Position numbers and translations under genes: made by a program. Below the pieces are notes generated by a model. The model made no database searches, was not told the DNA's origin, and saw only the letters and a program-made list of their open reading frames with translations. A DNA stretch of 64,000 nt from Geosiphon pyriformis uo1 (taxonomy: Eukaryota; Fungi; Glomeromycota), in the NCBI GenBank assembly GCA_016748015.1, contig JAAOMT010000603.1, positions 477,532 to 541,531 on the forward strand, read 5' to 3'. Shown piece after piece: positions 61,888 to 64,000 of the stretch (position 1 is the first letter of the stretch; each line of letters opens with the position of its first letter).

Positions 61888-64000
61888 AAAAAGTAAAAAA
61901 AAAATAAAAGAAAATAAATTAGTATCATTAATTGCTATGATCAAAAGTGATTGGTCCAGACTGTTAAGAGTTTAAGATGTTTATGCTAAGAATATCTGTT
62001 CTGGAACAAAAGTATGAAACAAAAATTAGTTCAATTCAAACATGAATGATTTTGTGTTTTTTAAATAAGCTCTTTATTTTTGTAAAATGTAATAATTATA
62101 AGAAAGAGAAAAATTGATTTTTGTCTAAATGTCTTTCTAACTTTTCTAACTACTCATTTTTATACATTTTTTTTGGTTCTACAAGATTGCTTTTTAATTG
62201 TTTTGTTCTTGCTAGTTATTACTTTACTATTTCTATTATCACTTTATTCTTCTATGTTATTACTAGTTATTTTATGTTTTAACTAGTTATTTTATACTAT
62301 TATAAGTTATCAAGTTTTGTATTATGTTATTCTAAGTTATTATGTATTATTCTGTATTTTTTTGCATTATCTTGTGCTATTTTATGTTATCATATTTTTG
62401 GTCATATTTTTTCTATAACTTTGGATTGGTTTTTTTACTTGGGTAACAACTATAATAAAATTTGCCAAATCAAATTAAGCTAATTTGCTGGTGTTAAGAT
62501 AATTATTTTTAATTAGAAAAAATTTAATACATATAGCCAAAGCTGTAAAAAATTGTAATGTTTAAATATTAAAAGATTATTTTAAAGTGCTTTTGTTTAT
62601 TTTGTTTGTAAAAATAGCTGCTCATAATTTAAATGCTTTGTTAAAAAAGACTAATAAGAAAACATATATAATTAATCAATTATTTAAAACTAGCAATTAA
62701 ATTTACTATGTTGTAATTATTTTTGAATTAGAAGAGAATCTAAAATTACTTTTTTATACAAAGTTGATTTTTGATAGCATAAAACTAGACTGAATTTGGT
62801 TTATTATAATAAATATAAGCATTTTAAACATTTTGTTTTAGAGTGTAATATACTAAGTGTATCTGCTTTTTTGTCTTTAAAGATATATAAAAACTTTGTA
62901 TTAGATGTAAATTGTCTTTAATTAGCCAAGTTGTATGTTAAAAAGAGTGTTCTCATCTTGTGTTTTGCTGAATTTAGTGGCAAATTATGGGTTTAGATAA
63001 TTTTACTGGTTTTTGCTCTTAATATATGCTTTGGTTCTGGGTTTTTTTATTTAGAACTTTATATTTTAATAAAATTTTTTTTGTTCTATAAGATAATTTG
63101 TTTTTTAATACTTAAATGATTTTTTTAGAGTGTTTTTTGAAACTTTTGGCTAATCAAGTTTTTGGTATTATGTAAAAGCTGAGCAATATAAATTTGGTAT
63201 TTTTGGTTTCTGTTTTTCATTTTTTTTTCAACTGTTTTTATGTCTTTAAATTCAAGTTTAAATTCAAATATAATTTTAAATAATTTGTAAATGTTATTTT
63301 TTTTTTCAGTAGTAACAACTAAAATTTTTACTAACAAAATAAATGGCTTAAAATCAAAAATAATTGTTTTTAAGATTTTTGTTAATTTAATTTTAGCAAA
63401 TTTAGATTATTTGTGCTCTGGTTTAGATTTATTAGTATATTTTTTATCTTAATAACTGATTACATATAAAAATTTACTATATATAATATTAGAAAAATAA
63501 ATAATTTGGTTAAACAAAAAAATATTATTAAGTAACATAAAAATTTTGATAATTTGGTTTCTATATTTATTAAAACAAGATTTTTATATTTGGTTTAAAT
63601 TTAAATAATTTGGGTTTTAATATTACAATTATTTTAAACAAAAATTTAATTAAAATTTTTAAAATATTAAATTAGTTTTTGTTAAATTATTGTTTAAAAA
63701 TAAGTTTTTGATTATAATTTTAGATTTTTACATAAAAATTTTTTTAAATATAAAATTAAAACAGACTGTTAATATTGTTAGCAAAAGTTTTAATTGTTTT
63801 TTTTTGCTGTTATTAATATTAAATTTATAATTAAATTTTCAATAAATAATTTATTTTTAAAGTATTTTTCTATATTTTAAATTATATATGCTATTAAAAT
63901 TATAATAAAATAATCAATTTTATACTAATTATTTTGTGTAATTGTTTTGTAATAAAAATTAATTTTTTTATATAAATTCTTAATTATAGATTTTTTAAAA
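60520..64000 (+). mobile_element. Third hypermutated LINE (5' end, ORF1, start of ORF2 at ~63452), runs off the window
   Basis: The 5' motif AAAACTTTTTCTCTCTT resembles ~38500. FALNINL..IRKIFLKVNSFEK and QLIKLWQKT|IIKF match ORF1, and NNLVKQKNII matches the EN start. Confidence 0.8.
61449..62448 (-). mobile_element. Solo LTR (1000 bp), TSD ACTG/ACTA
   Basis: TGTTA...TAACA termini. Removal restores LINE ORF1. Orientation is inferred from weak similarity to the copy B LTR. Confidence 0.8.

Overview
Eukaryotic, intron-containing fungal DNA. The gene content and retroelement families suggest an early-diverging fungus, probably Glomeromycotina (Geosiphon/Ambispora-like); this is an inference from the sequence only. 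A central gene island (about 11.8-37.3 kb) holds seven host genes: a BRD7/9-Rsc58-like protein, ADP/ATP carrier, a GLTSCR1/BICRA-domain protein, Sec14, Vps28, sphingosine kinase and a C2H2 transcription factor. It is flanked by two retroelement graveyards. Left side: a full-length LINE mutated almost to pure A/T, and a young poly(A)-tailed element that encodes only ORF1. Right side: a nest in which an old ORF1-only element contains a solo LTR and an RNase H-bearing LINE, and that LINE contains two dUTPase-encoding Ty3/gypsy copies; further decayed LTR and LINE copies follow. Three signals stand out. (1) Repeat-restricted, transition-only C>T/G>A hypermutation in CpG and non-CpG contexts (RIP-like, apparently outside Dikarya). 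(2) A 'half-LINE' ORF1-only family that shares the LINE 3' tail. (3) A gypsy family carrying a Cys-rich insert, a dUTPase and an extra ORF that runs through the PPT into the 3' LTR. All alignments and counts were done by eye, and exon boundaries are approximate.
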